A stretch of DNA of 62,820 nt, filler included, from Globobulimina sp. (taxonomy: Eukaryota), in the NCBI GenBank assembly GCA_003354225.1. It is 27 parts of 27 records of this genome, joined end to end, with 100 filler letters (N's around TTAATTAATTAA, not from the genome) between each part and the next. Parts side by side here need not be neighbours in the genome. Positions count along the whole stretch, not along the records: positions 1 to 2,232 come from PIVH01008017.1; positions 2,333 to 4,564 come from PIVH01008018.1; positions 4,665 to 6,896 come from PIVH01008019.1; positions 6,997 to 9,228 come from PIVH01008020.1; positions 9,329 to 11,560 come from PIVH01008021.1; positions 11,661 to 13,892 come from PIVH01008022.1; 21 more parts are not named here. One strand, written 5' to 3'. Below the pieces are notes generated by a model. That model searched no databases and was not told the DNA's origin. It was given only the letters and a program-made list of their open reading frames with translations. Numbering within the stretch: position 1 is the stretch's first letter; each line of letters opens with the position of its first letter. The translations under genes and the position numbers were made by a program. Below, in pieces: positions 1 to 12,493 of this stretch.

Positions 1-168
1 TATCAGTTCATTTGCAAAATGCGAATAAACACTTATATAACTATAATAAGTAATCACTTAATTTGAATTGCCATTGAAAAACATTTATTTCTTGCTGTTA
101 TAAACTACAAAAAAACAAAAATAGCAATAACTACCTTTTTGCTTGAAACTGAAAGAAACGGTTAAAGA

Positions 169-885
169 ATGTCTCAGCAACAACACAATCATAATTCACA
201 TCTTTGCGTACAAAATGATAATAGAGGCTCATTAATTGTCAAAAACAGAAACAATATCCAAATCCAGTTCATTGCAGTCCGTCACAATCCAAATCCAGTT
301 AATCCACAGCAAAACAGTGAATTAAATTATTATAATCCCATGCATCCATTTGGCCATTATGCATATAAAGAAGATTATAATACATATGTTCAATATGAAG
401 AAGATAATGCATATGAAACATATAAAGGAGGTACTCTCAATGAGATATATAATAAATATTTTGATGGAAATGGCCAAGCTGTCGTCGCACCACCGGTAAA
501 GAAACAAAAATTAAATGATAGTAACAGCAAACCATCAAATACAAATGCCTTACATTTAAATTATACAAACACAAATACAAATACAAATGATGCCAGTGAT
601 GTAAGTGAAGAAAGGAAATTATCGGATACGCAAAAACAAGATAAAAAAGATATCATTGAGTATTTTGCAAATGTTATTAAATTACCTCAACATTCGAAAT
701 TATGCATAGAGAATGGATTTGATTCTAAATCAAGTTTAGCATTAGCGACTGAACAAAAATTAAGAGAGATTGGATTGAATGTAGGCCATTCCGGCTTAAT
801 ATATAAATTTGCAAAGAAGTTAAAAAAACAACAAAAGAAAAAAGAAAAAGCACAAAGAAAGAAAGAAAAAAAAGATACAAAATAA
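169..885 (+). CDS. SAM-domain protein with low-complexity N-terminus and Lys-rich tail
   Basis: The C-terminal segment IIEYFANVIKLPQHSKLCIENGFDSKSSLALATEQKLREIGLNVGH matches the SAM helical pattern. Confidence 0.65.
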   Translation: MSQQQHNHNSHLCVQNDNRGSLIVKNRNNIQIQFIAVRHNPNPVNPQQNSELNYYNPMHPFGHYAYKEDYNTYVQYEEDNAYETYKGGTLNEIYNKYFDGNGQAVVAPPVKKQKLNDSNSKPSNTNALHLNYTNTNTNTNDASDVSEERKLSDTQKQDKKDIIEYFANVIKLPQHSKLCIENGFDSKSSLALATEQKLREIGLNVGHSGLIYKFAKKLKKQQKKKEKAQRKKEKKDTK

Positions 886-1034
886 AGATAAGAAAAAATT
901 AAAGATGATTGAAACTGTAATTGTATACATAATTACATTTCAAATAAAATTAAAACTTGTGTTTTTTTATTCAAAATTCTTAATTCGAAAAAAATTTGCA
1001 CATCGCTAAAAAACTTTAGTTTCAACTTTCAACC

Positions 1035-2232
1035 ATGGGGAATATAGTCGATGACGTTGCTAAAAATGCTATCGGAGCTCAAATGAGCAGCAATATCGAC
1101 CCTGAATTGTATCAAAACCCACATCGCAAGCCCAAAGGACATTATCTTTCCGCCCCCAAAACTAAACCACAACCAAAACGGCCTCGATCAACTTCAAACA
1201 TCGCTCACAAATATAACTATAATTCAAAACAATCGAAACGACATCGTGATGCCAGTAGCAAACCATTCAGCAAACGCCGCGAACGCAAACGTAAACGTAA
1301 AACGTCAATCACGTCGACAGTCTCTGAAAATGATATCAAACATAGCAACCATGTCATGGATCAATTAGTATCTTTGGGCTATGGCACAGAGAAAGAAGTC
1401 ATTGCCGCCTCTGCTCTTTCATCAAACCATCGTGACATTAATCAAGTATTGAAGCAATTAGCTGTTATTCAATCAAAAACACCCATAAAATATAAGAAAC
1501 GAACTGACACGAAAAAAAATCCCAAAAAGAGTCCCAAAAAGAGTACCAACACGAATACAAATAGCAATATCGTACAAGATTCTGTGCTGGGAAACAATGA
1601 CAATTTGCTTAAAATTATAGATTGGATCAACAGTACACCCGAACCAAAACCTGTAGCATCAACATCTGAAAATAAAAAAGAGAGCGCAATATCTCCAAAA
1701 CAGGTAAAGTACTCTTCACATTTACTTCAAATCACTCGCCTTACTCACCGCTGCATGCGTACATAGGTCAGAAGCAAATCGCTATCCGACAGTTTAAACA
1801 GCCACATCTTATTAATACCGCAGCAATCGCCGTCATTCGAAGATCTACATCAAGATAAGAAGGAAATTGATGAAGAGGAGGAGGAGGAGGATAATTTCAT
1901 CTTTTCCTTGGATTTAAATGATAACCGCAAGAACTCAGACAAACCAAAATTTGATCCCTTCCCATACAGTGACAAGAATGGGTATAAATATAAACGCAAA
2001 ATGAGACTGCCGGCGCGCAACAGCATCAGTGCCACCTCAAAGACTGCGGGTTTACGCAAGATTGAAGCCTTGAAAAATGAGATTCGCGAATCTATAGAGT
2101 CCACATTAAGCGAAGTAAGTGCAGTGATTGAAGACAATCCGAATCAGAATCATAGCGATAAAAAACAAGAAGAAACTTTAATATCTATGTCGGATCCACC
2201 ATTATTACCCGCCACAACCAAGCATTTATTGT
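1035..2232 (+). CDS. Basic low-complexity protein with a UBA-like segment; 3' partial; intron 1704-1766
   Basis: VMDQLVSLGYGTEKEVIAAS resembles UBA. A GTAAAG...ACATAG intron joins the 1035 and 1908 ORFs in frame. Confidence 0.55.
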
Positions 2233-2332
2233 NNNNNNNNNNNNNNNNNNNNNNNNNNNNNNNNNNNNNNNNNNNNTTAATTAATTAANNNNNNNNNNNN
2301 NNNNNNNNNNNNNNNNNNNNNNNNNNNNNNNN
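2233..2332. other. Artificial contig linker N44-TTAATTAATTAA-N44 (first of 26; recurs about every 2.33 kb up to 60493-60592)
   Basis: Identical 100-nt spacer with stop codons in all six frames; contig lengths decrease along the window. Confidence 0.99.
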
Positions 2333-3245
2333 GTATGTCTTTGCAGTAAATCCGACGGATTCAATGGTGAATATATATTCATTTACCAGTGCATGGAGAC
2401 TGCATCATTATATGCCGGAGATTGGCGGTGATTTGGAGCAGATTGAAATTGGTTCGGTTTATGTGGATGGTATTTTATATTTCAGTGTCAATGAATATGA
2501 TCCATTGGGAGTTTATACAGTGTATGATTATATGGAGGATATATTTTCGGTGAAAAATACGTTTTCTAAAACGGAAATGCCGGTTTACTCGCATTGTTTG
2601 ACGCAATTTGGAGCTGCGTTGTTGATTTATTATGTGGATTATGGAGATAATTTATTTGCATATTATGACGGTGTACGATATGATATGGAGTTTAATATCG
2701 CAAATTTAAATGAAATTGCTACCAATCAATTTAAATGTGTATTAACTGAGAGAGGGAATATGATATCGTGGAAATATGGTGCAATGGTTTATTATTTACA
2801 GATATCTGTGGATGATTTTAAACAGATTGAATATTATGCAAATTTGCCGTGGACTGTGGATGATGATACAAAGGGAAATTTATTTCAATTAATTGCGATG
2901 CGGAATGGTATAAATAATTATAAATCGGTGTCTGTTTATTATACAAATGATATAATACATAATTATTTGACAGATTTTGAGTTATTATCGATGGATATTT
3001 CGTCAATTGTTAGTTTCAGCAATATTATGTATTCAGTGAACAATAATTATAAAGATATGATGAGATTGAATGGGATTTTATTATATAAAGGAAATGTTGA
3101 TGCATTTACCGCATATGACCATGAGGGGGAAAGCGATATTAATATATTATTAGTGGATACAATGAATGATAATGACGAAATTGGATATTCACAGTGTGAT
3201 GAGAATGAGCAATCATTTGCTGTTGTTGAATATACTGTGTTTTGA
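2333..3245 (+). CDS. Hypothetical protein, probably 5' partial
   Basis: 293-aa ORF near the contig edge; no motif recognised. Confidence 0.5.
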
Positions 3246-3401
3246 ATTTTGTTTTTGTGTACTTTTATTAACTTTAGGTTTATCTTTAATATGTATATTA
3301 TATACGTATATACATGATGTATTATATTTTATTTTAATTTATTATCTCCTAAACCTATTTTACCACAAAACCTCCAAAGTAGCAAGCGGCCGCGGACAAA
3401 C

Positions 3402-4439
3402 ATGTCAACCACCTTGGATTTAACAGCAGAATTGAATAAAGCAGGATTTCTTAATGTTACCAAGATAGCAAATACATTACAAGGTATACGTAGATACACT
3501 TTAATTGATTTGTACTGTAACTTATGCATTTAATTGATTTATATTATATATGCAGGCCATTTATTCAAAGCATTTAAAAAAGCAACCAATGGTAACACTA
3601 ACATTGTTGTTATCAAAGTTACCGACAAATATTTACATAAAAATTCAATTTCTGTAGTTAATAATCGAAAATATGTTGTTAACGAAAACATAATATTGGA
3701 ATCCTCCTTTTTGCAATTTATAACCGCACAGCAAGCCGTACCTAAATCAATTATAAAATTCGAGGATTTCTTTGAATGTGATAAAAATTACTATTTAGTA
3801 ATGGAAGATGGTGGTTCTGATATGTTCCGTTTTGTATTAAAAGCACATCAATTTATAACCAGTGGACTTCTTGACATTGCTGAATGGCACAAAGTGGCAC
3901 GAATTATATTCAAACAAATGGTTGAATCGATTGAATTTATCCATGCAAAAGGCATTTGCCATTTTGATATTTCTCTCGAAAACTATCTGATTAATGATGT
4001 CAACATTGTTGTTAAACAACCGCCGAAAGTAGAGTTTATCTGCGACGGTATACAAGTAAAATTGATAGATTTTGGCTTATCTACGATATTTCAGCCAGGC
4101 GACGGCTATAAAAGTAGTAAATGGTGCGGTAAATGTGACTATAAATCACCAGAAGTTGCCTCAAAAAAGAAATCGTTCAATGCCAAAAGTAATGATATCT
4201 GGTGTTTAGGCGTGGTGCTGTTTTCATTAACATTGGGCTGTAAACCATGGACTAAAGCAATTTCAGGCGATGCTATATTTGAATTAATAATGAATGGTAA
4301 CATTCTGAGTGTATTAAAAAGATGGAATAAAATGAAATATGTAAATAACGATTTAATTGATTTATTTAATTTATTTTTTCAATATGAAGATGATAGAATT
4401 TGTTTGGAGGAAATTAAGCAGCATCCATGGTTGAAATAG
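3402..4439 (+). CDS. Ser/Thr protein kinase (CAMK-like, non-RD); exons 3402-3483 and 3556-4439
   Basis: MSTTLD...IANTLQG/HLF across a GT-AG intron; VVIK, HFDISLEN, DFG, YKSPE and DIWCLGV motifs. Confidence 0.9.
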
Positions 4440-4664
4440 GAGAGATTTATGTACTTTGCATTCATTCATTATCATATCGATGTCTCCTTTTATTCGTGTG
4501 AGTTTTGTAGTAATTATTGGATTGGGGGATCGACTTCCGTTTTTTTAAAAAAATAAGTAAACCANNNNNNNNNNNNNNNNNNNNNNNNNNNNNNNNNNNN
4601 NNNNNNNNTTAATTAATTAANNNNNNNNNNNNNNNNNNNNNNNNNNNNNNNNNNNNNNNNNNNN

Positions 4665-5074
4665 AAATAATTATTAATATCATTGATGGTGTCTTTACAT
4701 TCAATATCTAAGGTTTTGCAGCCATTCTTTATATTTTCTGTTAATGCATTTACTTTTTGTTGATGCTTACAAAGTTTTTGAAAGTGATTGTTTTCTTGTT
4801 CTGATATAAAGACTGTTTTACATTCATCATATTTATTTTCGTCGTTGTCAATGTGGTGTTTCTTTGGGATTGATCCAAATAATTTTACTGCTTTTACTAA
4901 CCGCACTTTTTGCACTGAATGAAATTCCATCACATCACAAAATGATCTTAATTCATCGTCATTGAATTCCAATAATTCTTCCATTGTTACTTCTCGTTCT
5001 TTCAATTTCATACAAACGTCATTCGATAATTTATTGTGAGATGTCCACTCTTCAATATTCATCTGAGTTGTCAT
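4665..5074 (-). CDS. SAM-like domain plus coiled-coil protein, 3' partial
   Basis: IEEWTSHNKLSNDVCMKLKEREVTMEELLEFNDDELRSFCDVM...KVRLVKAVK is SAM-like. Confidence 0.55.
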
Positions 5075-5169
5075 TCTCACAAAGTAGTTACTTAAAAACC
5101 TTGGCTCGTTCAATTCCGTATTTTACTGTGCGATTTTACTCTAACACGACCCACTAGAAAACTCAGATC

Positions 5170-6177
5170 ATGTCAGTGTTGCGAAAGATCCAAGCTAAAG
5201 CCGCGTGTCTTGTAAATCTAATGGAGAGAATGAAATGCGATCATAATGATCCAACCCGATTTGTAACAGATCAAATAGAGAATATATTTGTTTGTTTACG
5301 CCATGATATAAAACAACCATGGAATGATTGGACAATCAAAGTGGATACATCAACCATACCGAATGCAGGTATATACGATATACATTGTTAAATATCACAT
5401 ATTCATTTGTCGCAAAGTATAGGAAGAGGCCTATTCCTCGATGGCCATGCACCCGCTGGGCGGCTATTATGTTTATATTCCGGTGAACTATGGAGATCTG
5501 ACGATATCGAAGCTGCATTATCTCAATTACGAGCTGGAGATATTAATATATCCTATGATCTCGATCAATGTCACTAACATTGTTTTGTATATATATTTGT
5601 CACGGAAATGCTGCATATGATTACAAAATATGTACAGTATTTTACTGGAAATTTCTGTGTACGTAAACAGCATAGATTTGCAGTAAAATACATATCATTC
5701 AGCAACAGTTTACCGCATAACACGTACAAACATACAGCATCTCCTTGACAGCTATACAAATATATTACGTGTTTTTGCGTTTTTGCAGTGTTAGTCGGCG
5801 AGTATACGTACGCTCGCGATAATGGTGCATTGATAGATGGTTCGCCGTGCGATAAAATCCATGATGTTTTACGTCAGAATCCGTTGTGTTTAGGATATTG
5901 TATCAACCATCCACCAAAAGGGTCGATCCCCAATCTATTGTCATTGGATGTGCCCTTCGGATTTGATTATCAAACAATGAAATATCAACCAACATGGCAT
6001 CGGAAAAAAGGAGTGATTGACGATCATATTACTATATTTTTAGCAATGCAGGATATAAAAAATGGTGATGAATTATTTTTTGATTACGATTTAGAAGGTT
6101 TCAACAACGAAGAACAGAATGATAAGTTGCCAGAATGGTATCATTCCATCGATGCCTCTGTGTATGACACAGACTGA
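5170..6177 (+). CDS. SETD9-like SET-domain protein; exons 5170-5368, 5423-5569, 5789-6177
   Basis: The spliced product reads STIPNAGRGLFLDG...LCLYSG...GALIDG...NPLCLGYCINHPP...AMQDIKNGDELFFDY, covering the SET motifs GxG, NH and ELxFDY. Confidence 0.8.
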
Positions 6178-6239
6178 TAACCTTTGATATTCACAGTGCA
6201 AGGAGATAACTTTGAAAATCAAAACTTTTACAACATTAC

Positions 6240-6896
6240 ATGGAATCTGTCGCGTCATGCACAAGTTTCATCTCCTCACGAACGCAACCTTTGTTTCGTC
6301 GATTTTTTACATGGTTGGGTAGTTATATTTATTTATATCATGGTTGGTTTATGGCATTTGGAGTATTACTAACCATGTTATGTACAGCTGGCGGTGCTAC
6401 ATATTTTGTATTCAACTGTAACGAGTCGAGTTGCATTGAAAATCGATTATTTTATTTATGGATCCCACGCGATTCCACCGTATGGACGCAATATCGTGAA
6501 ATCATTGATGTATTTGGTTCCTATCCCTCTCAAATGTCACTATTATTAAAAACAGCCGACGCGAAAGAATCAATTATAACTCCCTCAAACATGGATATTT
6601 CATACAATATATTCCAAAGCATAGACCATATAACCTTAGATTACCAAAATAACGAATATCATTTCCAAGACATCTGTTTACGTTCATCTCCCACCGCTCT
6701 TTTCTGTGATGCTGCGTTTGCTAATTTTTTCGGCTATTTCTTCGACGAAAACGAGTTTTTATGGAACAACGAGAGCGTCATCGAAGACAGCATCAATATT
6801 CGCAATGCGCAGATTGCATTCTTTTTAGGTGGACTCCAATTCGATGACAACGTTGTAGTTGGCGCACAGTCAATGCGTTTAGTATATGAGTTGGAA
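6240..6896 (+). CDS. Patched/NPC1-family membrane protein, N-terminal part
   Basis: N-terminal TM helix, then ENRLFYLWIPRDS and YHFQDIC, typical of the first luminal loop of PTCHD/NPC1-like proteins. Confidence 0.7.
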
Positions 6897-6996
6897 NNNN
6901 NNNNNNNNNNNNNNNNNNNNNNNNNNNNNNNNNNNNNNNNTTAATTAATTAANNNNNNNNNNNNNNNNNNNNNNNNNNNNNNNNNNNNNNNNNNNN

Positions 6997-8545
6997 CATA
7001 ATAATATTGCATGGACGGTCCATGTATCTCAAACACAGTCTCACTGGAATCACATTGAAGTGGTAATTCATATTCCATTAAGAAATAATATTTCAAATTC
7101 TTACTTTCTACATTCCACTCATTATTATTCTCATTCTTTGCATTACAAACTGTAATTGCATAAAAACTCTGATTTGAATTGCTTGCAATTGTTAGGTCTT
7201 CATTTGTCAACATATTATCTGGCGCATACATTCCTACTTTTATATTTTGTGCGGAATCAATAAATATTTCATTATATTCATCGGTATTATTTACCATCCA
7301 TTTATATTCTGAACCTATTTTTTCAGCGCCAATCCAAGCAATATTGCCATTATCTGCAGCTGCGTCAGTTTGCATGTCACAAATTAATGACTGTATACAC
7401 AGGTTTTCTTCTGCCGAGGTGATAACCGCTAAATGTCCTTTCCTACCATACCAATATAAGGAAGAAGAGGCATATTGCTTTGCATCATTATATGTTACTT
7501 TTTGGGAATATATCAATTCATACCAATGTCCATTAACATCACAGTGCTGAGCGCTCCTTATCTTTCGTAGCAATATTCTTCCGGGACAATAGGCAGAGGG
7601 CACACGTAAACCAAACTGATTTGAATAATAATTGACATACAATCCATTGGGATTGCCCTTTAATTCAATACCGATGGATGTGTCCATATTTAATTTTATA
7701 TAAGTTGTAAACTGAAAGGATTCGTCCAATTTATTGGTATTTGTGTCAGATTTTAATTTACAATTTGGAAATTGTACGGCTTTGCATAATACATTGATGA
7801 TACATAACTTTTTACATTTTTGTAATGTTAGGTCATTGTTATAATTGTTTGATTCTATATTTATTATGTTTCCCTCCACAATTCTGCCTTCAATTGCTTT
7901 CCATAATGTATTATGTTTTACACGTTTGAATGCTTCAAATCTTCCTAATTTCGTTAAATATGCATTGAAATCGGATAATATGATATGGTGTGCGCCGGAA
8001 AATGAATATTGTTCGATGATATTTAATGTAATTTTGTCAGATGGCGCCACTTCCCATCCATCCGGCAAATACATATATTTATTTTGACACGAACTCTCGC
8101 CATCTCTCACTAACTCGGATTTATAATCTACAAAATCTAATGTTGTATATTGGTAATTCCATGCAACTAAATTTAAAATTCTTTCATTATGTGGTTGTTG
8201 TAATCGTTTTTGAGTTTCACTAAATTTTAATTCATATTGTAATGGTTCTTCGCAATGACATGCATATGTTATTAATGGTAATGAAGTTAGAGCATCTTTT
8301 GTCTCTCTTCGTTTGTAATCACAGGAATATTGCACAGAACCAATAAATGAGTCAATGCATTTTGACTTTAGTATTGCTTCGCCATTTGCTCCATTAAAAC
8401 AAAAATTAGTACAACTTTCAAAGCCAACATGTTGCACTTTGAATAGTTTTAATTCGACATGATGTGCAGCGGTTGAATCTGTTAATTGCTGATCGTGAAA
8501 ACAAATTGCAACCAATACATAGCATAAGTACAATAATGGTGACAT
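6997..8545 (-). CDS. Secreted Cys-rich protein with PAN/apple-like and C-type lectin domains, 3' partial
   Basis: Signal peptide MSPLLYLCYVLVAICF; TLQKCKKLCIINVLCKAVQF (PAN-like); GHWYELI...TYNDAK...GHLAVITSAEEN...AWIG...YKW (CTL). Confidence 0.7.
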
Positions 8546-8636
8546 GACGTTGGCGCCAGATCTATTATTTTGCTTAATTTTAGTTGACACTTTAAAACCG
8601 GTAATGTTAGAGAAAAAGCTTAAGTAAATGTTCGTC

Positions 8637-8874
8637 TAAGGGGTTGTTCTTATATTGCGTAATATAAATTTGGACCTATGACCTAGGTACATGGTTATTG
8701 CAATTTATTGCAATTTAGACCTGAGTTGTGGGCTTTTAACGCAAGCTTATTTAGCACAACAATACGGATCACAGACAGCAGATAAACACAACAAAAAAGT
8801 CTCGAGTAACTGAATTAAGGATACCTAGGTCCTAGGCCCAAATTTATATTGCGCAATATAAGAACAACCCCTTA
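8637..8874. mobile_element. MITE-like element with 53-bp terminal inverted repeats
   Basis: 8637-8689 and the reverse complement of 8822-8874 match at 50 of 53 positions; TA/TAA-TTA flanks; non-coding interior. Confidence 0.85.
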
Positions 8875-8907
8875 CTGCTCGGATTTCCAAGCTGTATACT
8901 CCTACAC

Positions 8908-9228
8908 ATGGGTTGTGTCAACGAGACATTTCCGCAAAACGATGAAACTCAAAATGAGACAAATTATCATAAAGATGAAAAACAATCCGTAAATAAACAC
9001 AGACCAGACCATATCGGTTGTATTCACTCAAATAAACACCGTGAAATTGATTTAAATTTATTCAAACAAACTGAGATGAATTGCAATCATACAAGTGATA
9101 CAACAACGGATATTATCGATAACTGTCAACATTTACAGCGCTTAGCCTTTGCGTTAAAATATTATAATAATAATAAGGGGAATAAGTCGGTGAAAGAATG
9201 GCGTAATTTTTGTTTGACTGTGTATGGT
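8908..9228 (+). CDS. Hypothetical protein, 3' partial
   Basis: ATG-initiated ORF open to the contig end. Confidence 0.45.
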
Positions 9229-9952
9229 NNNNNNNNNNNNNNNNNNNNNNNNNNNNNNNNNNNNNNNNNNNNTTAATTAATTAANNNNNNNNNNNNNNNN
9301 NNNNNNNNNNNNNNNNNNNNNNNNNNNNTGTCAATCACATCAAAAGTACTGTACAGATCTTCTGTACTTCTCCAAACGCATCTGAATTATCTTAACCTTT
9401 GAAGCATATGGATCTGGCTGACGTTTCAACAAAATATGGCCGGTGATAATAATAATATGATATTCCCATAGTAATTTTCCAAAACAAAACGTACATCACT
9501 GAGTTCAGATTATCTGTACGTATTTATTCTGTACTTGAGCATGTGAAGTCGAACCAAATTATTCACAAATAAAAACCCTGGCAGACCACACTGTTATTCG
9601 TCAATGCAGGAGCTGTAATTTTTCATTCTGAAATTTCAGACAGTTCCTGAACGGAGTTACAAACTCTGACCAAACACATTTGTGATTAATAAACAAACCT
9701 GATTTAACGCCACCATATCCATCGTTAATTGCATATATGGCTAATAATCAACGTACGTCAATGAAATTGTTAATTCATAGTCACTTTATGAATTAATGAC
9801 TGTTTGTTATTTTATATTTGTGTCTTGTGTTACCAAATGTATCATCTGTTATTCTATCATTATAATTTGACTGAGTAAAAACTGAACTATCGGATTGTTT
9901 TGAATAATGTTTTTCTAAAATTGAACACTAAAAACAACCCCTAACAGAAACA

Positions 9953-11325
9953 ATGGAAGGCCTTCCAACAAACGAAACCAACAATGAATCGAATTCAACC
10001 AATAGTTTTGTAATGATAGAGACACAACAATCAGACTGTATTGTACCACCAACATCACCAATAGTATGCTGCAGTCATTGCAACTCTGTTAACCCTCCAT
10101 CTTCACAAACATGTATTAAATGCAGTAGCTCCATAAGCAACACATCTGACATACCTCACATACCAACTCCGACAACAAAATATGACATAACCACTCCAAA
10201 TAATGAGGCAAAATCGATAGCAGAGCTAGAATTGAATGAAGCTAACTGCACTGTGAGATATTCACAATTCAACCCAAACAATGTCAATGCATTGCATTTA
10301 GCGCCACCAAAAAAACAATTATACCCTCAACAGGAACAATTATTTGGCAATTTCTTCTTTCGTACATTATACATCTCCTCAACATTCATATTCGTTACTA
10401 TCTTATCACTCCATTTGTGGTTTTCAAACGCAATCAACTCAACTTTCCAAACTGCATTTATTATATCAGCCATTGGCAGTTTATTCATATTTTTAGCTGC
10501 AATATTTGCCATAATATATGCAGTCATCTATCGAGGATGGAAAACATTTAAATGTTTGAATATTTTGCAATATACAACAATGACTTTATATTTTATGGGA
10601 GCATTGTTATATTGGATTGGGGGATGTGTGCTAGTGGCGGCATATAACAATTCCTTCAAAGATACAGTACATATTCGAGCATTCGCAGGGATTTGGTTCT
10701 GTGAAATGACATATATTTCAGTGCAGGCAGTCGTTGCTGGTATGTATGCAGTATGTTGATGTATTACATATTTTAATTTTATTTATTCACAAACATACAT
10801 TGCTTAGGAGTTGATATTAAGAAACGATATCTGAATACACATGGTTTGAGATTGGTGCTTATGAGTGTCATATTACTTTGCTTTTCAAGTATTATCTTTT
10901 TTTGTGCTGCGGTATGGAGTGTGGCTATGGAGAGTAAAATGGCTGGTTATGGATTGACCACAACCGGGTATTTTCTAATTATTGTATTGGTTCCTTTGTT
11001 TATTGGGATAAAAGTAATTGTAACGCCTGAGAATAGAATACAAATACAGTTGGATTTGGTGATTGCTATAGGTTTGAGCGTCAGTGTATTATTTATAATG
11101 CTTGGATATTTTGCATTGTCTGGGAATGGTGATGCTGGAGAAATGAGTGAATATTGGGTTGGTTTTGGATTTTTTATACTTTTTCATGGCATTTTTATAG
11201 GAATGGATATGAGTTTTGAGGGGTTTTTACCATATGCCTTCAAACGGACTTATAATATGAATGAAAATGAGGATAATGATTTAGCGGAGTATATGCTACA
11301 AAAAAGTGCAGGAAGTATGTACTGA
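9953..11325 (+). CDS. Multi-pass membrane protein with an N-terminal CxxC...CxxC zinc ribbon; intron 10740-10807
   Basis: CSHC...CIKC motif; about 8 hydrophobic helices across two ORFs joined in frame by a GTATGT...TTAG intron. Confidence 0.7.
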
Positions 11326-11698
11326 TTTGTTATTTCAGCATTGCATCTTATAATAATATTGTTTTTAATTAACTTTCTCTTTAGTTTCAAATAAATTATG
11401 TTTCAAAAAAAGATCTGGTAAAATGTCGTAACATAATATATCAAAATAACAATAATTACAAATCAACATCGTTGAAATCTCATGTTCTGATTGGCTGCAA
11501 TAACAATGGGTGATTTAATTGCTTTGAAACATAGGATTTGGATATTTTTTTATGGGCAATNNNNNNNNNNNNNNNNNNNNNNNNNNNNNNNNNNNNNNNN
11601 NNNNTTAATTAATTAANNNNNNNNNNNNNNNNNNNNNNNNNNNNNNNNNNNNNNNNNNNNTTTGTTTTATTACTAGTATTTGTATATTTATTATACAG

Positions 11699-12120
11699 AA
11701 GGGTGAATATCTTCGTCGCGAACCTGTTTATTACCAAACATGGAATATGGTGATGGATTAGATGCAGTGTCAACAGCTGCTAATTCAGGGAATAATGCCG
11801 ACGAAGACGAAAAAAAAGTTGGCAAAAAAGAAGAAAATACAAATATTGGCACTAGTGTTCATTGCCAGGGAGGATTAATAACATTTAGTTTTCATGTTAA
11901 AGCGGCGGATGTTATAAAATGTTATCTCTATTGGAATGGGACAATTATTCGATTTATGCCAGAAGACATTAAGACGATATTACCAAAGATGTTTGATATG
12001 AAATTTGCAGACAATCAAGCGTATATTGATAAAAATAAGGATTTGGATGCAATGATAAAAGAAATGCAGACAAAACTTGTTGATAAAGAATTTAAAGCAT
12101 TTCAACAAAGTTATTCTTGA
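11699..12120 (+). CDS. Hypothetical protein, terminal exon
   Basis: ORF preceded by a plausible acceptor (TACAG); no motif recognised. Confidence 0.5.
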
Positions 12121-12493
12121 AAAGAAACATTTAAAACAAAATACATATTTCTCTGTACAGATTTATTAATAATACATATATTTTAATTCTATGAAAAACA
12201 CTTGCAGCCATATGTAATGTTTAGGTCCGCGGTGTTTGACATCCGCAATAGATCCATATTTAGTTTCTAAATTAATGACTATAATAATTAGTAAATACAG
12301 AAACGACACATAAAATCATAAAAACCGCGTTTATCGGAACATCCATATTGGATTGAAAAATAGCGAAAACCTGAGGTTAAAACCCAAACTCCAATGAGTA
12401 GCTGTTTTCCTTTCGACCAATACGAAACTATTATTACGAATTGAATCTGCTTCCTCTGATTAAACCCGTTAAATCCAATACTAACAAACAACA

